DNA from: Candidatus Magasanikbacteria bacterium RIFOXYC2_FULL_42_28
Lineage (GTDB): Bacteria; Patescibacteriota; Patescibacteriia; Magasanikbacterales; GWA2-37-8
Length of the DNA stretch: 64,000 nt
NCBI GenBank assembly: GCA_001784435.1
Contig: MFQZ01000008.1
Span: 23,347-87,346, forward strand
Reading direction: 5' to 3'
The notes below the pieces were generated by a model that was not told where the DNA came from, searched no databases, and saw nothing but the letters and a program-made list of their open reading frames with translations. The position numbers and the translations under genes were made by a program. Below, piece after piece: positions 12,860 through 22,605 of this stretch; the first letter of the stretch is position 1; the number at the start of each line of letters is the position of its first letter.

Positions 12860-13663
12860 TCAATCTGGTTGCCAGAAACAATACGGAGAATAATATCCAC
12901 ACATATCTTGCGTATCGGCTTCGGCACAAAGATCAGTTATGGAAAACCTCGTTTGCCCACCAGGTACTCCTTGACCATTTTCCATACTGCATGCTCCATC
13001 ACACACGCCAGCCACATCCTGATCCCTTTGTAAATTACAAAACGACGTACAAAATTGATCCGGCGAAATGTCGCCACCCATACATTTCCCTGGTACTTCG
13101 TCTAATATGTCTCCCCCTCCTTCTTTCCAATCACAATATGTGGTCTCTGCCAAGCATTGCTCTTCATCTTTATCGCCACACTGGGCTTGTTGAACCGCCA
13201 ACTGCTGTTCCGCAGTCATAACATCGGTATATTTTGGTGTGCATCCGACTTCGCCATGTCCTCCACTACCCCCCCCCGCCAACTTCCCAATCACCCAATT
13301 CCCCACGCCCAAAGAGACAAAAATTATCGCCATACCAATTAACGCCGCCTGAATTATATCTTGCGCTTTGGTGATATCTTCTTGGTTGCCGCGCGCGATT
13401 AACCACCGTCCACCACCATAAAGCATTAAGCCAAACAACGCCACCCCAATCATCGCCAAAACAATACCCAAGACCTGGCCAACCAAAGACAATAAATCCG
13501 CCCACTGGCCTACGTTAGGCTCCTTAGCATCAGCAATATACCCGGCTTTTGCTCCGCTATCAGACAATCCGTAATCTGCGGTCGTGGCCTTAGTCGCAAT
13601 AACAAAAAACGAAAACACGCCCAAAGCGACAACAAATAATAAAATAATAATTTTGAATTTCAT
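12860..13663 (-). CDS. T4SS-pilin-like (TrbC/VirB2-like two-TM) surface protein with a Cys-rich C-terminal domain; distant paralog of the 31.9-37.2 kb array
   Basis: signal peptide, core LYGGGRWLIARGNQEDITKAQDIIQAALIG, and a C-terminal domain with about 14 Cys; start taken at MKFKIIILLF (alternative MLNNT at 13687). Confidence 0.55.
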   Translation of the reverse strand: MKFKIIILLFVVALGVFSFFVIATKATTADYGLSDSGAKAGYIADAKEPNVGQWADLLSLVGQVLGIVLAMIGVALFGLMLYGGGRWLIARGNQEDITKAQDIIQAALIGMAIIFVSLGVGNWVIGKLAGGGSGGHGEVGCTPKYTDVMTAEQQLAVQQAQCGDKDEEQCLAETTYCDWKEGGGDILDEVPGKCMGGDISPDQFCTSFCNLQRDQDVAGVCDGACSMENGQGVPGGQTRFSITDLCAEADTQDMCGYYSPYCFWQPD

Positions 13664-13745
13664 AAATTTTATAGTGTTATTTAGCATTGTTATTATACCA
13701 CACCTTGATTTTTTCTTCAAAATCAGGTAAAATCGCTTTAGTTAT

Positions 13746-13818
13746 GACCCTGTAGTTCAATGGATAGAACAATAGCCTTCTAAGCTGTGGATCTTGGTTC
13801 GATTCCAAGCGGGGTCAC
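13746..13818 (+). tRNA. tRNA-Arg (anticodon TCT)
   Basis: cloverleaf: acceptor GACCCTG/CGGGGTC, anticodon loop CTTCTAA, T-loop TTCGATT. Confidence 0.8.
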
Positions 13819-13822
13819 ACGC

Positions 13823-13965
13823 CAAATTTCAAAATCCAAATTTCCAATGTCAAATCAATATCAAAGCCAAAATGTCAAACCAAACCAGGTAATACAGTTG
13901 GTATTGATTTTTTGTAAATAACCTGTTATAATCGTTTGGAAATTGGATATTGGAAATTTGAAATT
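13823..13965. repeat. AT-rich palindromic GGAAATT-family element (arms TTTCAAAATCCAAATTTCCAATGTCAAAT ... TTGGAAATTGGATATTGGAAATTTGAAAT) between two tRNAs
   Basis: seen directly; same family as 33945, 34588, 38643, 39681, 41887 and 62236. Confidence 0.6.
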
Positions 13966-13990
13966 CCCCCGACTAAGTCGGGGGCTACAC

Positions 13991-14063
13991 GGTGCCTATA
14001 GTGTAATGGTTAGCACGAGAGATTGTGGATCTCTCAGAATGGGTTCAAATCCCATTAGGCACC
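13991..14063 (+). tRNA. tRNA-His (anticodon GTG) with the extra 5' G(-1)
   Basis: G-1 pairs with C73; acceptor GTGCCTA/TAGGCAC; anticodon loop TTGTGGA; T-loop TTCAAAT. Confidence 0.8.
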
Positions 14064-15734
14064 CCAAACGGTATCTAATATAACCGAGTTCGGTTGATTG
14101 GATATCATTGCAGGAATCTCGGCAATTTGTCGGGATTTTTGCGTTTTAGGGGCAATCTTGGATTTTGATTTGCCAGCTATGAATGGTGTGAATTCTACGG
14201 CCAAGTCGGTTATTATTCTCGGACCGGTAATTTCTTTGTATTTCTTGGTAAAAACCATATCCTCAGCTTGCATCAGTCCTCTTATGATCGGTGATGGTAT
14301 TACGGTTTGGATTTTTTTGTCGGCTACCTCAAATCTTTCCCAGTAAAGCCCAAGGAATAATCGTTTCATTTCGTCCGGAGATTTAGTATAGGCTTCGTAA
14401 GCGTTGCGGACAAACAAGAGCATATCTTGCAGTTCATCGATCCTCATATTGAGTTTTTTATCTTGGACGTACAGTTCGTCTTGCAACAGCCCAAGCTGTT
14501 CTTTAATTTTCACTTTTATTCTGGTGAAGTCGTCATCGGTAATAAGTCCGGCAAATAGTTTTTCCTCGGCGGTGTCCCGTTTCTTTTCAAACATCATCTT
14601 TTGAGTATTCAAGCCTCGTTTGTCTTTATTGATCACTTCTTTGCGACCGCTGTAAATCTTTTCAATCTTGGTCACCAGTCTGTCGGTAAAATTGGGAGTA
14701 AATTCTATATACTTGAACAAGTTAGCAACTTGCTGTTCTATATCCCAGACTTCCACATATTTGTCTTGGCATTTAATCTGATCGCCAGACCGGTTGCAGT
14801 GATAATATGATTTATTTTTCTTAGGATGATGTTCGGCGGTGTATCTTTGTCCGCAGTTGGCACAAAAGGTTAGACCTCGCAGAATGAAATTGAATTTTTG
14901 CCGTCGGCAGGCATATCTATTGTGTTCGGCCATAACCAACTGGACTCGTTCCCACAAATCTTTATCTATAAGTGGTTTATGTTTTCCGGTGTTAACTAAT
15001 CCTCGCCACCTCATCTCACCATAATAAAAAGGATTTTTTAGTATCTCGATCATCTTACTGTGAGCCAATCGTTTATCGGCGTGTGTTCTAAAACCTTTTT
15101 TGTATAAAGCATCGCGAACTTCAAAGACTGAATAATCGCCAGTCACATACATTTTGAATGCTTCTTGAATAAGCGGTGCCCGTTCCTCATCTACAATAAT
15201 AATTCTTTTTTTCTCATCGTCCGGCTCGCCAGCATTTAAATAGCCGACAGCCACACCGGTCGGCCACCAACCCTCCCAGAATTTTAGCTCAAGACTTTTC
15301 AAAGTTTTTCTCGAAGTGATTTGGGATTGGAGTTGGTTCACACCGGCAATAACCAAGTCCATAAAGTTTCCCTCGGGGCTATCGGTAATGCCAGGTTGGG
15401 AGACAGAGAACAGTTCAACATCATGCTTTTTCATGATCGCTTTGATCTGCATGTGATCAAGAGCGTTTCTGGCTAGTCGGTCAGTGTCTTGAATAAAAAC
15501 CGCCCTGATTGTTTTGTCGTCTTGGATTTTAAGTAACATGTCTTGTAGACCGGGACGATTCATATTAGTGGCTGATCGTCCGGGGTCTTCAAAAACACCG
15601 TCATCTATCAGTTTGAATTTGTTACTTTCCTCGATCGCTCGTTTGCAGAGCTTGAGCTGAGTCGCAAGCGAGTGGTGGCCGTCCTCGGCCTGTTCCTCGG
15701 TTGAGACTCGGCAGTAAATTAATGCATGTTCCAT
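14055..15734 (-). CDS. large serine recombinase (integrase) of an integrated element; its 3' end overlaps the 3' end of tRNA-His
   Basis: N-terminal resolvase catalytic domain (ALIYCRVSTEEQ ... DRLARN), recombinase domain and Zn-ribbon-like C-terminus (CxxC...C) typical of large serine recombinases. Confidence 0.85.
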   Translation of the reverse strand: MEHALIYCRVSTEEQAEDGHHSLATQLKLCKRAIEESNKFKLIDDGVFEDPGRSATNMNRPGLQDMLLKIQDDKTIRAVFIQDTDRLARNALDHMQIKAIMKKHDVELFSVSQPGITDSPEGNFMDLVIAGVNQLQSQITSRKTLKSLELKFWEGWWPTGVAVGYLNAGEPDDEKKRIIIVDEERAPLIQEAFKMYVTGDYSVFEVRDALYKKGFRTHADKRLAHSKMIEILKNPFYYGEMRWRGLVNTGKHKPLIDKDLWERVQLVMAEHNRYACRRQKFNFILRGLTFCANCGQRYTAEHHPKKNKSYYHCNRSGDQIKCQDKYVEVWDIEQQVANLFKYIEFTPNFTDRLVTKIEKIYSGRKEVINKDKRGLNTQKMMFEKKRDTAEEKLFAGLITDDDFTRIKVKIKEQLGLLQDELYVQDKKLNMRIDELQDMLLFVRNAYEAYTKSPDEMKRLFLGLYWERFEVADKKIQTVIPSPIIRGLMQAEDMVFTKKYKEITGPRIITDLAVEFTPFIAGKSKSKIAPKTQKSRQIAEIPAMISNQPNSVILDTVWGA

Positions 15735-15818
15735 ATTATTTTCATTTTAATTTTGGCTAATAATTTTAGGCTTAGCTTTCAAACACAACATACGCTATTT
15801 TTGGCAACAAGCTAAGCG

Positions 15819-16253
15819 TTAGTTGCCCACAGGCTTTTTATTCTTGTATTTCTCTAAAATTTCCTCTATTTGACGACTACCTCTTTTGTATTCTTCGTCA
15901 TTACAATCATCATCTCTGCCTCCAGCCGGACCTCGGACAAAATCAAGAATGGTTTTGGCCGCTCGGAATTTCATGGCATCGCTTTTGGCGCCCATAAGAC
16001 TAACTAACATTTTGGATGCGGTCTCGGCGTGTTTCATTAGGACGGTATCGGTCTCTTTATCACGAACTTTATTTCTTTCTTTTTCGTATCGTTCGTACTC
16101 ATCCTTAAGTAAACCGTCTGACCGAAACCATCTCTTTACAGTAACGTGAGAGACTTTTAGCAGTTGGGCAATCTCTGAATAAGTAAAATCGCCGTATTTT
16201 AAGCGGATTGCATTCTGGTATTTTTCATTTTTTATGTCTACATTTTTTGCCAT
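15819..16253 (-). CDS. small HTH-domain protein (island cargo)
   Basis: YSEIAQLLKVSHVTVKRWF helix-turn-helix. Confidence 0.4.
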   Translation of the reverse strand: MAKNVDIKNEKYQNAIRLKYGDFTYSEIAQLLKVSHVTVKRWFRSDGLLKDEYERYEKERNKVRDKETDTVLMKHAETASKMLVSLMGAKSDAMKFRAAKTILDFVRGPAGGRDDDCNDEEYKRGSRQIEEILEKYKNKKPVGN

Positions 16254-16274
16254 TTGGGTATCATTTAGTATCTT

Positions 16275-17048
16275 TTAAAGGGTTAATAATTTATTGAAAT
16301 ATGCACCTCTATGCCGGATTTTGTCGCTTGGTTGATCCATTACAGACCGGTAGGCTTCCTCAATTCTTGCTAGTCCGTATTTCTTGAGAGATGATAAAAT
16401 AAAAGTCATATCTTTTTCTCCCAGCTCTTTGGCGATCTCCCAACATTTCTGTTCCTCATAAGACTTGGGAGTGAATTCTCTTACGGGTCGACCACGATTC
16501 GATCGGTTGTTTTTATTTTCTTTTTCGTTGTCGTTCTTGGAACTTCTGCCAAGCGAGCTTTCCGAACCGAAAGAAAACCTATCTACTAAAGCGTTTTTGT
16601 CACTTTCCAACTTCTGCCGAACGTCACTGACTTCTGTCGGTGCTTCTGCTGGTAATTGTGTATCAGTACCACCCTCACTTCTGCCATACTTCTGTTTGCT
16701 ACGGGTTTCAAGGTCTACAAAACCGCCATTTGATAAGGGGTAACGGGAGATATCAACATGGAACGAACTTCTGCGACCTTGCTGTATGGCAAACCATACC
16801 CACTTCTTACGCTTCAGGTTCAGCATCAGCCGATTGATGTGATTCTTGGAATACTTTTCTTTGAAGTCCTTGGAAAGTCCTGCGTAGCTGACATGAGCTT
16901 TTCCCATTCGTGGGTTGGCAGTGATCCATAACCAGACGAGGACCGAGTATTCCTCAAAACTCAAATAGCCGTCCACAAGGGCGGTCTTGATGCTTCGGGG
17001 AAGCTTTACGTAATCATTGTTATCTATTTCGAATGGCAAATTTTCCAT
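16275..17048 (-). CDS. hypothetical protein (island cargo; possible wHTH/replication-associated)
   Basis: ORF only; low-complexity basic middle region. Confidence 0.3.
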   Translation of the reverse strand: MENLPFEIDNNDYVKLPRSIKTALVDGYLSFEEYSVLVWLWITANPRMGKAHVSYAGLSKDFKEKYSKNHINRLMLNLKRKKWVWFAIQQGRRSSFHVDISRYPLSNGGFVDLETRSKQKYGRSEGGTDTQLPAEAPTEVSDVRQKLESDKNALVDRFSFGSESSLGRSSKNDNEKENKNNRSNRGRPVREFTPKSYEEQKCWEIAKELGEKDMTFILSSLKKYGLARIEEAYRSVMDQPSDKIRHRGAYFNKLLTL

Positions 17049-17067
17049 ATTTCATATTCAATTATTT

Positions 17068-17331
17068 TCAACTGATAGCGTCGTTATACATCAGTGATTT
17101 CAGCTCTTTGATCGCCAAGACAAATTCCTTGGCGTTCACGTCGGTATAACCTAAAAAATAACCCTCCACGAATTGGGGTCGTCCTGGTTGGTCAACAAAG
17201 ACAAAACGAAACCGGCGAGCATCGGTTTTATTTATACCAACAAGTTGGTATTTGTAGGCGAGCAAAAAAGCGGCCACATAGAAGTCGCTGGTAATAAAAT
17301 TATTGTCGGGTGTTTGGTTTTTCATATTCAT
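17068..17331 (-). CDS. DUF5659-like small protein, a type common in phage and mobile elements
   Basis: FYVAAFLLAYKYQLVGINKTDARRFRFVFVDQPG...FVLAIKELKSLMYN pattern recalled for DUF5659; not verified. Confidence 0.4.
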   Translation of the reverse strand: MNMKNQTPDNNFITSDFYVAAFLLAYKYQLVGINKTDARRFRFVFVDQPGRPQFVEGYFLGYTDVNAKEFVLAIKELKSLMYNDAIS

Positions 17332-17565
17332 TTTGATTATTAGATTGTTTTTCTTTCTCTTTTTGCTCGTAGCGATAATCCAAAAGTCGGACAATCAGAT
17401 CGGCTAATCTGTCCATGAAAATTTCCTCCATTTGAGCTGGGGTGAGGGGTGGTATTTTCTTTGTGATTATTGGCTTCGGCATATTGTTTGCCGGCCCGCA
17501 AATAAAAAAGCAGACCGTTTTCTTTCAGTCTGCTCTTTGCTGTCCGAATCAGGTCGGACTCCACC

Positions 17566-18162
17566 TTATCCAGCTTTGTAATCAATAAATATGCGCCTAA
17601 CTTTCCATTTCAAAAGCTTGTCTATCTCCAGCTTATGCTTCACTTTTTTATTTATCGCTCGCATAGCGTCATAGACACTGTCTTTGCTGTCTTTTGCCCA
17701 GTCCATTAAATCTAAAAAGTCTATTTCTTTGACCAGTGTGCCAAACGGGACTGCGAAAATAGTTTTGCATAGGAAGTATTGGTTGGTGTTAATCGGAATA
17801 GGGCAGGTTTTTCCTCCCATGTTTATTATTCCGGTTTTCTCATCAAACCTGATCTTAGTATCCACCGGCTTTTCCAGTTTTGGTTCAGGCTTGTCTTTCA
17901 GTTTGAAATAATAATCATTGAGCATGGACCGGCTCGGCTTAGAAACTACAAAGTCGCCGTCATCCAGTTTAAAGCTGGCAATAATCTTTTTCTTTTTCAG
18001 CTCGGTCATGACCGCCTTCTGTTCGGAAACATCCAGATCAGATATCGGGGAATTAAAATACACTTTTGCTGGTATTTTATGTGTGACGTCCGTGTAGGAT
18101 TCCACGCTCCCCAGCAGGGCATAAATAAAAACTAACTTTGCATTTTCATTTTTCATATTCAT
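17566..18162 (-). CDS. hypothetical protein (island cargo)
   Basis: ORF only. Confidence 0.3.
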   Translation of the reverse strand: MNMKNENAKLVFIYALLGSVESYTDVTHKIPAKVYFNSPISDLDVSEQKAVMTELKKKKIIASFKLDDGDFVVSKPSRSMLNDYYFKLKDKPEPKLEKPVDTKIRFDEKTGIINMGGKTCPIPINTNQYFLCKTIFAVPFGTLVKEIDFLDLMDWAKDSKDSVYDAMRAINKKVKHKLEIDKLLKWKVRRIFIDYKAG

Positions 18163-18512
18163 ATTCGTTAACGCCTCAACGAAAAGAGCTCGTGATCAAT
18201 TACCACAAAAAGTGATAACAATCACGAGCCCTTGAGCACGGAATACCATTCAGGTCGCCCCTTGAGGCGAAATTATTAAATTGTTGATTTTATTATAGCA
18301 CTGCTCAAAATTTCTCGGAAGTGTGTAAGGTGTTCGTTTTTCCGATATGAGACACTTTTGTCATATTGCTGAAACGGGGAGGATTGCTTGCTTTTATGGT
18401 CAAACTCGGTATATAATCTAGTGAATAGGAAGCAATATATGGTCTCCATTCACTAAATATTGACTTTTAAGTCGAAATCGCTTATACTAACCTTATAATT
18501 TTAACAAAACAT

Positions 18513-19415
18513 ATGGCTATAACAAAACCTATAAAAGACAGGCTTACAGCTCTAAAAAGCGAATATGACACCCTCCGCAAAGGCAAGGAGTCTCTTTTGG
18601 TGATGATTGACGAGGCCGAAGTGCCAGAAAGCGTCTATAACTCCAACGCTATTGAAAACTCCACCCTTACCCTCAAGGAAACTGAGAAGATCCTTTTGGA
18701 TATGGAGGTCTCCCGTGATGTTTCGTTGCGTGAAGTTTATGAGGCCAAAAACTTGGCTCGAGTTATCGGCTACATTCGCAACAAGAGTAAAGAAACGGAA
18801 ACTAACAAAGAGACAATCTTACTTTTGCATCAAATGCTTATCGGTGGCATCGACGACAAAATTGCCGGTCGTTTTAGAAAGCTCGGAGAATACGTCCGTG
18901 TTGGGACCCACGTTGCCCCAGCACCGGAACATGTTGAGAAAATGATTGAGGCAATCATCACTGAATACACCGGCGACCTCTCAAATTATTTCTTAGACAA
19001 GATCGCTAAATTCCATTTGGATTTTGAAACCGTTCACCCTTTCAACGATGGCAACGGCCGTATTGGTCGCGTGCTCATTTGTTTTCAGCTTCAGCGTCTT
19101 GGCTTTCCGATAATCATCATTCGTGATCGTGAAAAGAAAGAATACTATAAGTCATTTGCCGAATACCGTGATGAAAAAAACGCCAAAAATATGGAAAAGG
19201 TTATCGCCTTGGCTTTGATGGAATCATTGAGTAAGAGGATTACTTATCTCAAAGGTCAAAAGGTTATCACTTTGTCCGAGTATACAAAATTAAACAAACT
19301 ATCTGCCCCGGGCATGATTAACGCCGCTCGCCGTCAAAATATTCCGGCTTTCCGAGAGAAAGGTGTTTGGAAAATCGGCGAGGATTTTATTTATAACTCT
19401 CGCAAAGAAAAATAA
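18513..19415 (+). CDS. Fic-family protein (AMPylator/Doc-like)
   Basis: canonical Fic motif HPFNDGNGRIGR; TTGACT-18-TATACT promoter at 18460-18489. Confidence 0.8.
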   Translation: MAITKPIKDRLTALKSEYDTLRKGKESLLVMIDEAEVPESVYNSNAIENSTLTLKETEKILLDMEVSRDVSLREVYEAKNLARVIGYIRNKSKETETNKETILLLHQMLIGGIDDKIAGRFRKLGEYVRVGTHVAPAPEHVEKMIEAIITEYTGDLSNYFLDKIAKFHLDFETVHPFNDGNGRIGRVLICFQLQRLGFPIIIIRDREKKEYYKSFAEYRDEKNAKNMEKVIALALMESLSKRITYLKGQKVITLSEYTKLNKLSAPGMINAARRQNIPAFREKGVWKIGEDFIYNSRKEK

Positions 19416-19420
19416 AATAT

Positions 19421-21850
19421 ATGGCAATTAAAAAATCACAACTCTATAGCTCTATCTGGCAAGGATGCGACGAACTCCGTGGTGGTATGGATGCATCCCA
19501 GTATAAGGATTACGTCCTCGTGCTTTTGTTCGTTCGCTATGTCTCGGATAAATATGCCGGTAAGGCCAATCAGCTCGTAGACATTCCGGCTGGTGGCAGT
19601 TTTTCTGATTTGATAAAACTCAAAGGTAAACCGGATATCGGTGACGGGATCAATAAAGTTTTGAATAAGCTGGCCGAGGCCAATGGCTTGCAAGGTGTCA
19701 TCGATGCTGTTGATTTTAACGACGAAGACAAGCTTGGCAAAGGCAAGGACATGCAGGACCGCCTTTCCAATCTTATCGCTATCTTTGAAAATCCTGATTT
19801 AGATTTCAGCAAGAATCGTGCCGAAGGTGATGACCTCTTGGGCGATGCTTACGAATACTTGATGAAGCATTTCGCTGTTGAATCAGGAAAAAGCAAAGGA
19901 CAATTTTATACTCCGGCCGAAGTTTCTCGCATTATGGCCAAAGTGATTGAAGCTAACAAAGCCGACACCGGTATGCACACGGTTTACGATCCGACCTGCG
20001 GTTCCGGTTCACTTCTTTTGAAAGTCGCCGAGGAAGCTCAAAAAATTACAATCTACGGACAAGAGCTTGATAACGCTACTGCCGGACTCGCAACTCTTAA
20101 CATGTGGCTTCATGGCAAGCCCGAGGCTGAAATTAAGAAAGGTCAGAGCACGCTTTCTACTCCGCTTTTCACCGAACATAGTGCCCTCAAAACTTTTGAC
20201 TATGTCGTGGCCAATCCACCTTTTTCTTATAAGTCTTGGCGTAACGGCTTTGATCCTGATCACGATCAATACGGCCGTTTTGACGGCTTCGGTATTCCTC
20301 CCAAGAAAAATGGCGACTTCGCTTTTCTTTTGCATATTTTAAAGTCGCTCAAGAGTACTGGGACCGGTGCAGTCATTTTGCCTCATGGTGTTTTGTTCCG
20401 TGGCAATGCTGAAGCGGAAATTCGCAAAAATATTATTGAACGAGGATATATCAAAGGTATCATCGGCTTACCGGCCAACCTTTTCTACGGTACCGGCATT
20501 CCGGCGTGTATTATTGTTTTAGATAAAGCCGGAGCTAGTGATCGCAAAGGCATTTTTATGATTGATGCCTCCAAAGGTTTTGTTAAAGACGGTAATAAGA
20601 ATCGTTTGCGTGAGCAGGACATTCGCAAAATCGTGGACACTTGGAACGGCAAATTGGAAACCGCCAAGTTTTCTCGCTTTGTGGCCAATGAGGAGATAAA
20701 GAAAAACGAATATAACCTCAATCTCCCACGCTACATCGATACGCAAGAGCTGGAAGATATCCAAGACATCGAAGCACATCTCAAAGGTGGAATTCCTGAC
20801 GCTGACATTTCTGCTTTGTCCGCATATTGGGATATTTGCCCAACGCTTGAAAAATCTCTTTTCAAAGCCAATGGCCGAAAAGGATACAGCGAATTGCTTA
20901 TCGCTTCGGACGAAATAAAAAAGACTATTCTTACTCATCCGGAGTTTGAAGCTTTTAGAAAACAAACCCTGAATACTTTTGCCAAGTGGCAAAAAGCGTC
21001 AACTGATTTTCTCAAGAATATTGATACTGCCAATCATCCAAAAGCGGTCATTTATAAAATTGCCAGCGACCTGCTTTCAGCTTGTGCCAATCTCAAACTG
21101 GTTGATAAGTATGATATCTATCAGCACCTGATGGCTTATTGGGAAGAAGTGATGCAGGACGATACGCATATTATTACCATTGACGGCTGGAAAGCTGGCA
21201 AGGAAATAATCCGCTTACAAAAAGAAAATAAAGGCAAGAAAAAAGAGATTGAAGGACTTGTCGGTCTTGAAGGTCGCCTTATCCCGATCTCTTTGGCTAT
21301 CAAAACTTATTTTACCAAAGAGCAGAAAGCTCTTGATGATTTGAACGCTACCCTTGAACAGGTCGGCGTTGATATGGATTCGCTCAAAGACGAGCATGGC
21401 GGTGAGGAAGGCTTGCTCGAAGAAGTAATTGATAACGACAAAATCAGCAAGGCCAGTGTGCTTAAACGAATCAAAGAAATCAAAAACAGTGCGGACGATG
21501 TTGACGAGCTTGCTGTACTTGAAAAGTATTCAGCTTTGTTTGAAAAAGAAGCCGACACCAAGAAAGCGATCAAAGACGCCGAGAAAGACTTGGAGAAAAA
21601 AGTGCTGGTTAAATATCCGACTTTTACCGAAGCAGAAATCAAAACTTTGGTGGTTGAGAATAAATGGATGGACGAATTGTCTGCTCGAGTTTTAGGCGAA
21701 ATAGATCGTCTCTCCCAGACTCTCGCCGGCAGAGTTAAAGAATTAGCCGAGCGTTATGCCGAGCCAATGGCGGAAGTCACGAGCGAAGTGGAGACGCTTA
21801 CCAAAAAGGTTGAGGATCATCTCGCTAAGATGGGATTTAAGCTTAAATAA
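19421..21850 (+). CDS. hsdM: type I restriction-modification N6-adenine methyltransferase subunit with a roughly 300-aa coiled-coil C-terminal extension
   Basis: HsdM N-domain, AdoMet motif I (DPTCGSGSLL), motif IV NPPF; 809 aa. Confidence 0.9.
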   Translation: MAIKKSQLYSSIWQGCDELRGGMDASQYKDYVLVLLFVRYVSDKYAGKANQLVDIPAGGSFSDLIKLKGKPDIGDGINKVLNKLAEANGLQGVIDAVDFNDEDKLGKGKDMQDRLSNLIAIFENPDLDFSKNRAEGDDLLGDAYEYLMKHFAVESGKSKGQFYTPAEVSRIMAKVIEANKADTGMHTVYDPTCGSGSLLLKVAEEAQKITIYGQELDNATAGLATLNMWLHGKPEAEIKKGQSTLSTPLFTEHSALKTFDYVVANPPFSYKSWRNGFDPDHDQYGRFDGFGIPPKKNGDFAFLLHILKSLKSTGTGAVILPHGVLFRGNAEAEIRKNIIERGYIKGIIGLPANLFYGTGIPACIIVLDKAGASDRKGIFMIDASKGFVKDGNKNRLREQDIRKIVDTWNGKLETAKFSRFVANEEIKKNEYNLNLPRYIDTQELEDIQDIEAHLKGGIPDADISALSAYWDICPTLEKSLFKANGRKGYSELLIASDEIKKTILTHPEFEAFRKQTLNTFAKWQKASTDFLKNIDTANHPKAVIYKIASDLLSACANLKLVDKYDIYQHLMAYWEEVMQDDTHIITIDGWKAGKEIIRLQKENKGKKKEIEGLVGLEGRLIPISLAIKTYFTKEQKALDDLNATLEQVGVDMDSLKDEHGGEEGLLEEVIDNDKISKASVLKRIKEIKNSADDVDELAVLEKYSALFEKEADTKKAIKDAEKDLEKKVLVKYPTFTEAEIKTLVVENKWMDELSARVLGEIDRLSQTLAGRVKELAERYAEPMAEVTSEVETLTKKVEDHLAKMGFKLK

Positions 21851-21851
21851 T

Positions 21852-22604
21852 ATGGCAAATCTAACCACGAACGAAAAACAAATACTTGAGAAGCTATTCC
21901 AAATGAACGGTGGTTATGTTTTGAATTTCTCCGATAGGACTATGGGTGAATTTTTCAGGGATGATATTGGTATGGATATTTATAGTAAAAAGTATCTGTA
22001 CAGTAGTGGATCAAAGGCTAACCGTTTGAGAGGTTTGTGGTTGAATGGCGACGATAAAGTTGTCGGCAAGAGCGTTGTCAAGTTACTTGAATATGTTGAG
22101 AATCAAATCCTTATAGACAATCTTAAAAAGGAAGATTTTCCGGAGGACAGAATGAAAGCAGGCAAAAATGTTGCCGAGAGATTGTTGGGTAAAAAAACGG
22201 ATAAGAAAGAAAACAAGTCCGAAGCCACATTCAAAAACGGTAACATCAACATTCTTTTGCAGAAAGATATTTTTGACCACGTACAAAAACTTTTAAATGA
22301 CGGGCATTGTTTTAATGCTGTTGAGGAGGCTTACAAGGTTGTTAGAAAAAAATTGAAGGATGTTTCCGGCAAAGAAAAAGCGACTGACGCTTTTAGTGCC
22401 ACAAATTACGACAAGATTTTTGGTCACCAGCCTGTTGATGACGCAGAAAAAGACTTTTTCGAAGGTATTAAGTTTTTGCATATGGCCATCCAATTTTTGA
22501 GAAACGAGAAAGCCCACACACCAGCTCGTGATTTAGATAAGAATTTGGCTATCCATTACATCTCCCTAGCCAGCTTGGCCTACGATCTGATTAACAGGAA
22601 ATAA
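21852..22604 (+). CDS. RM-associated HEPN-like protein inserted between hsdM and hsdS
   Basis: C-terminal Rx4H motif (LRNEKAHT) in a predicted helical domain; ATG immediately after the hsdM stop. Confidence 0.45.
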   Translation: MANLTTNEKQILEKLFQMNGGYVLNFSDRTMGEFFRDDIGMDIYSKKYLYSSGSKANRLRGLWLNGDDKVVGKSVVKLLEYVENQILIDNLKKEDFPEDRMKAGKNVAERLLGKKTDKKENKSEATFKNGNINILLQKDIFDHVQKLLNDGHCFNAVEEAYKVVRKKLKDVSGKEKATDAFSATNYDKIFGHQPVDDAEKDFFEGIKFLHMAIQFLRNEKAHTPARDLDKNLAIHYISLASLAYDLINRK

Positions 22605-22605
22605 T

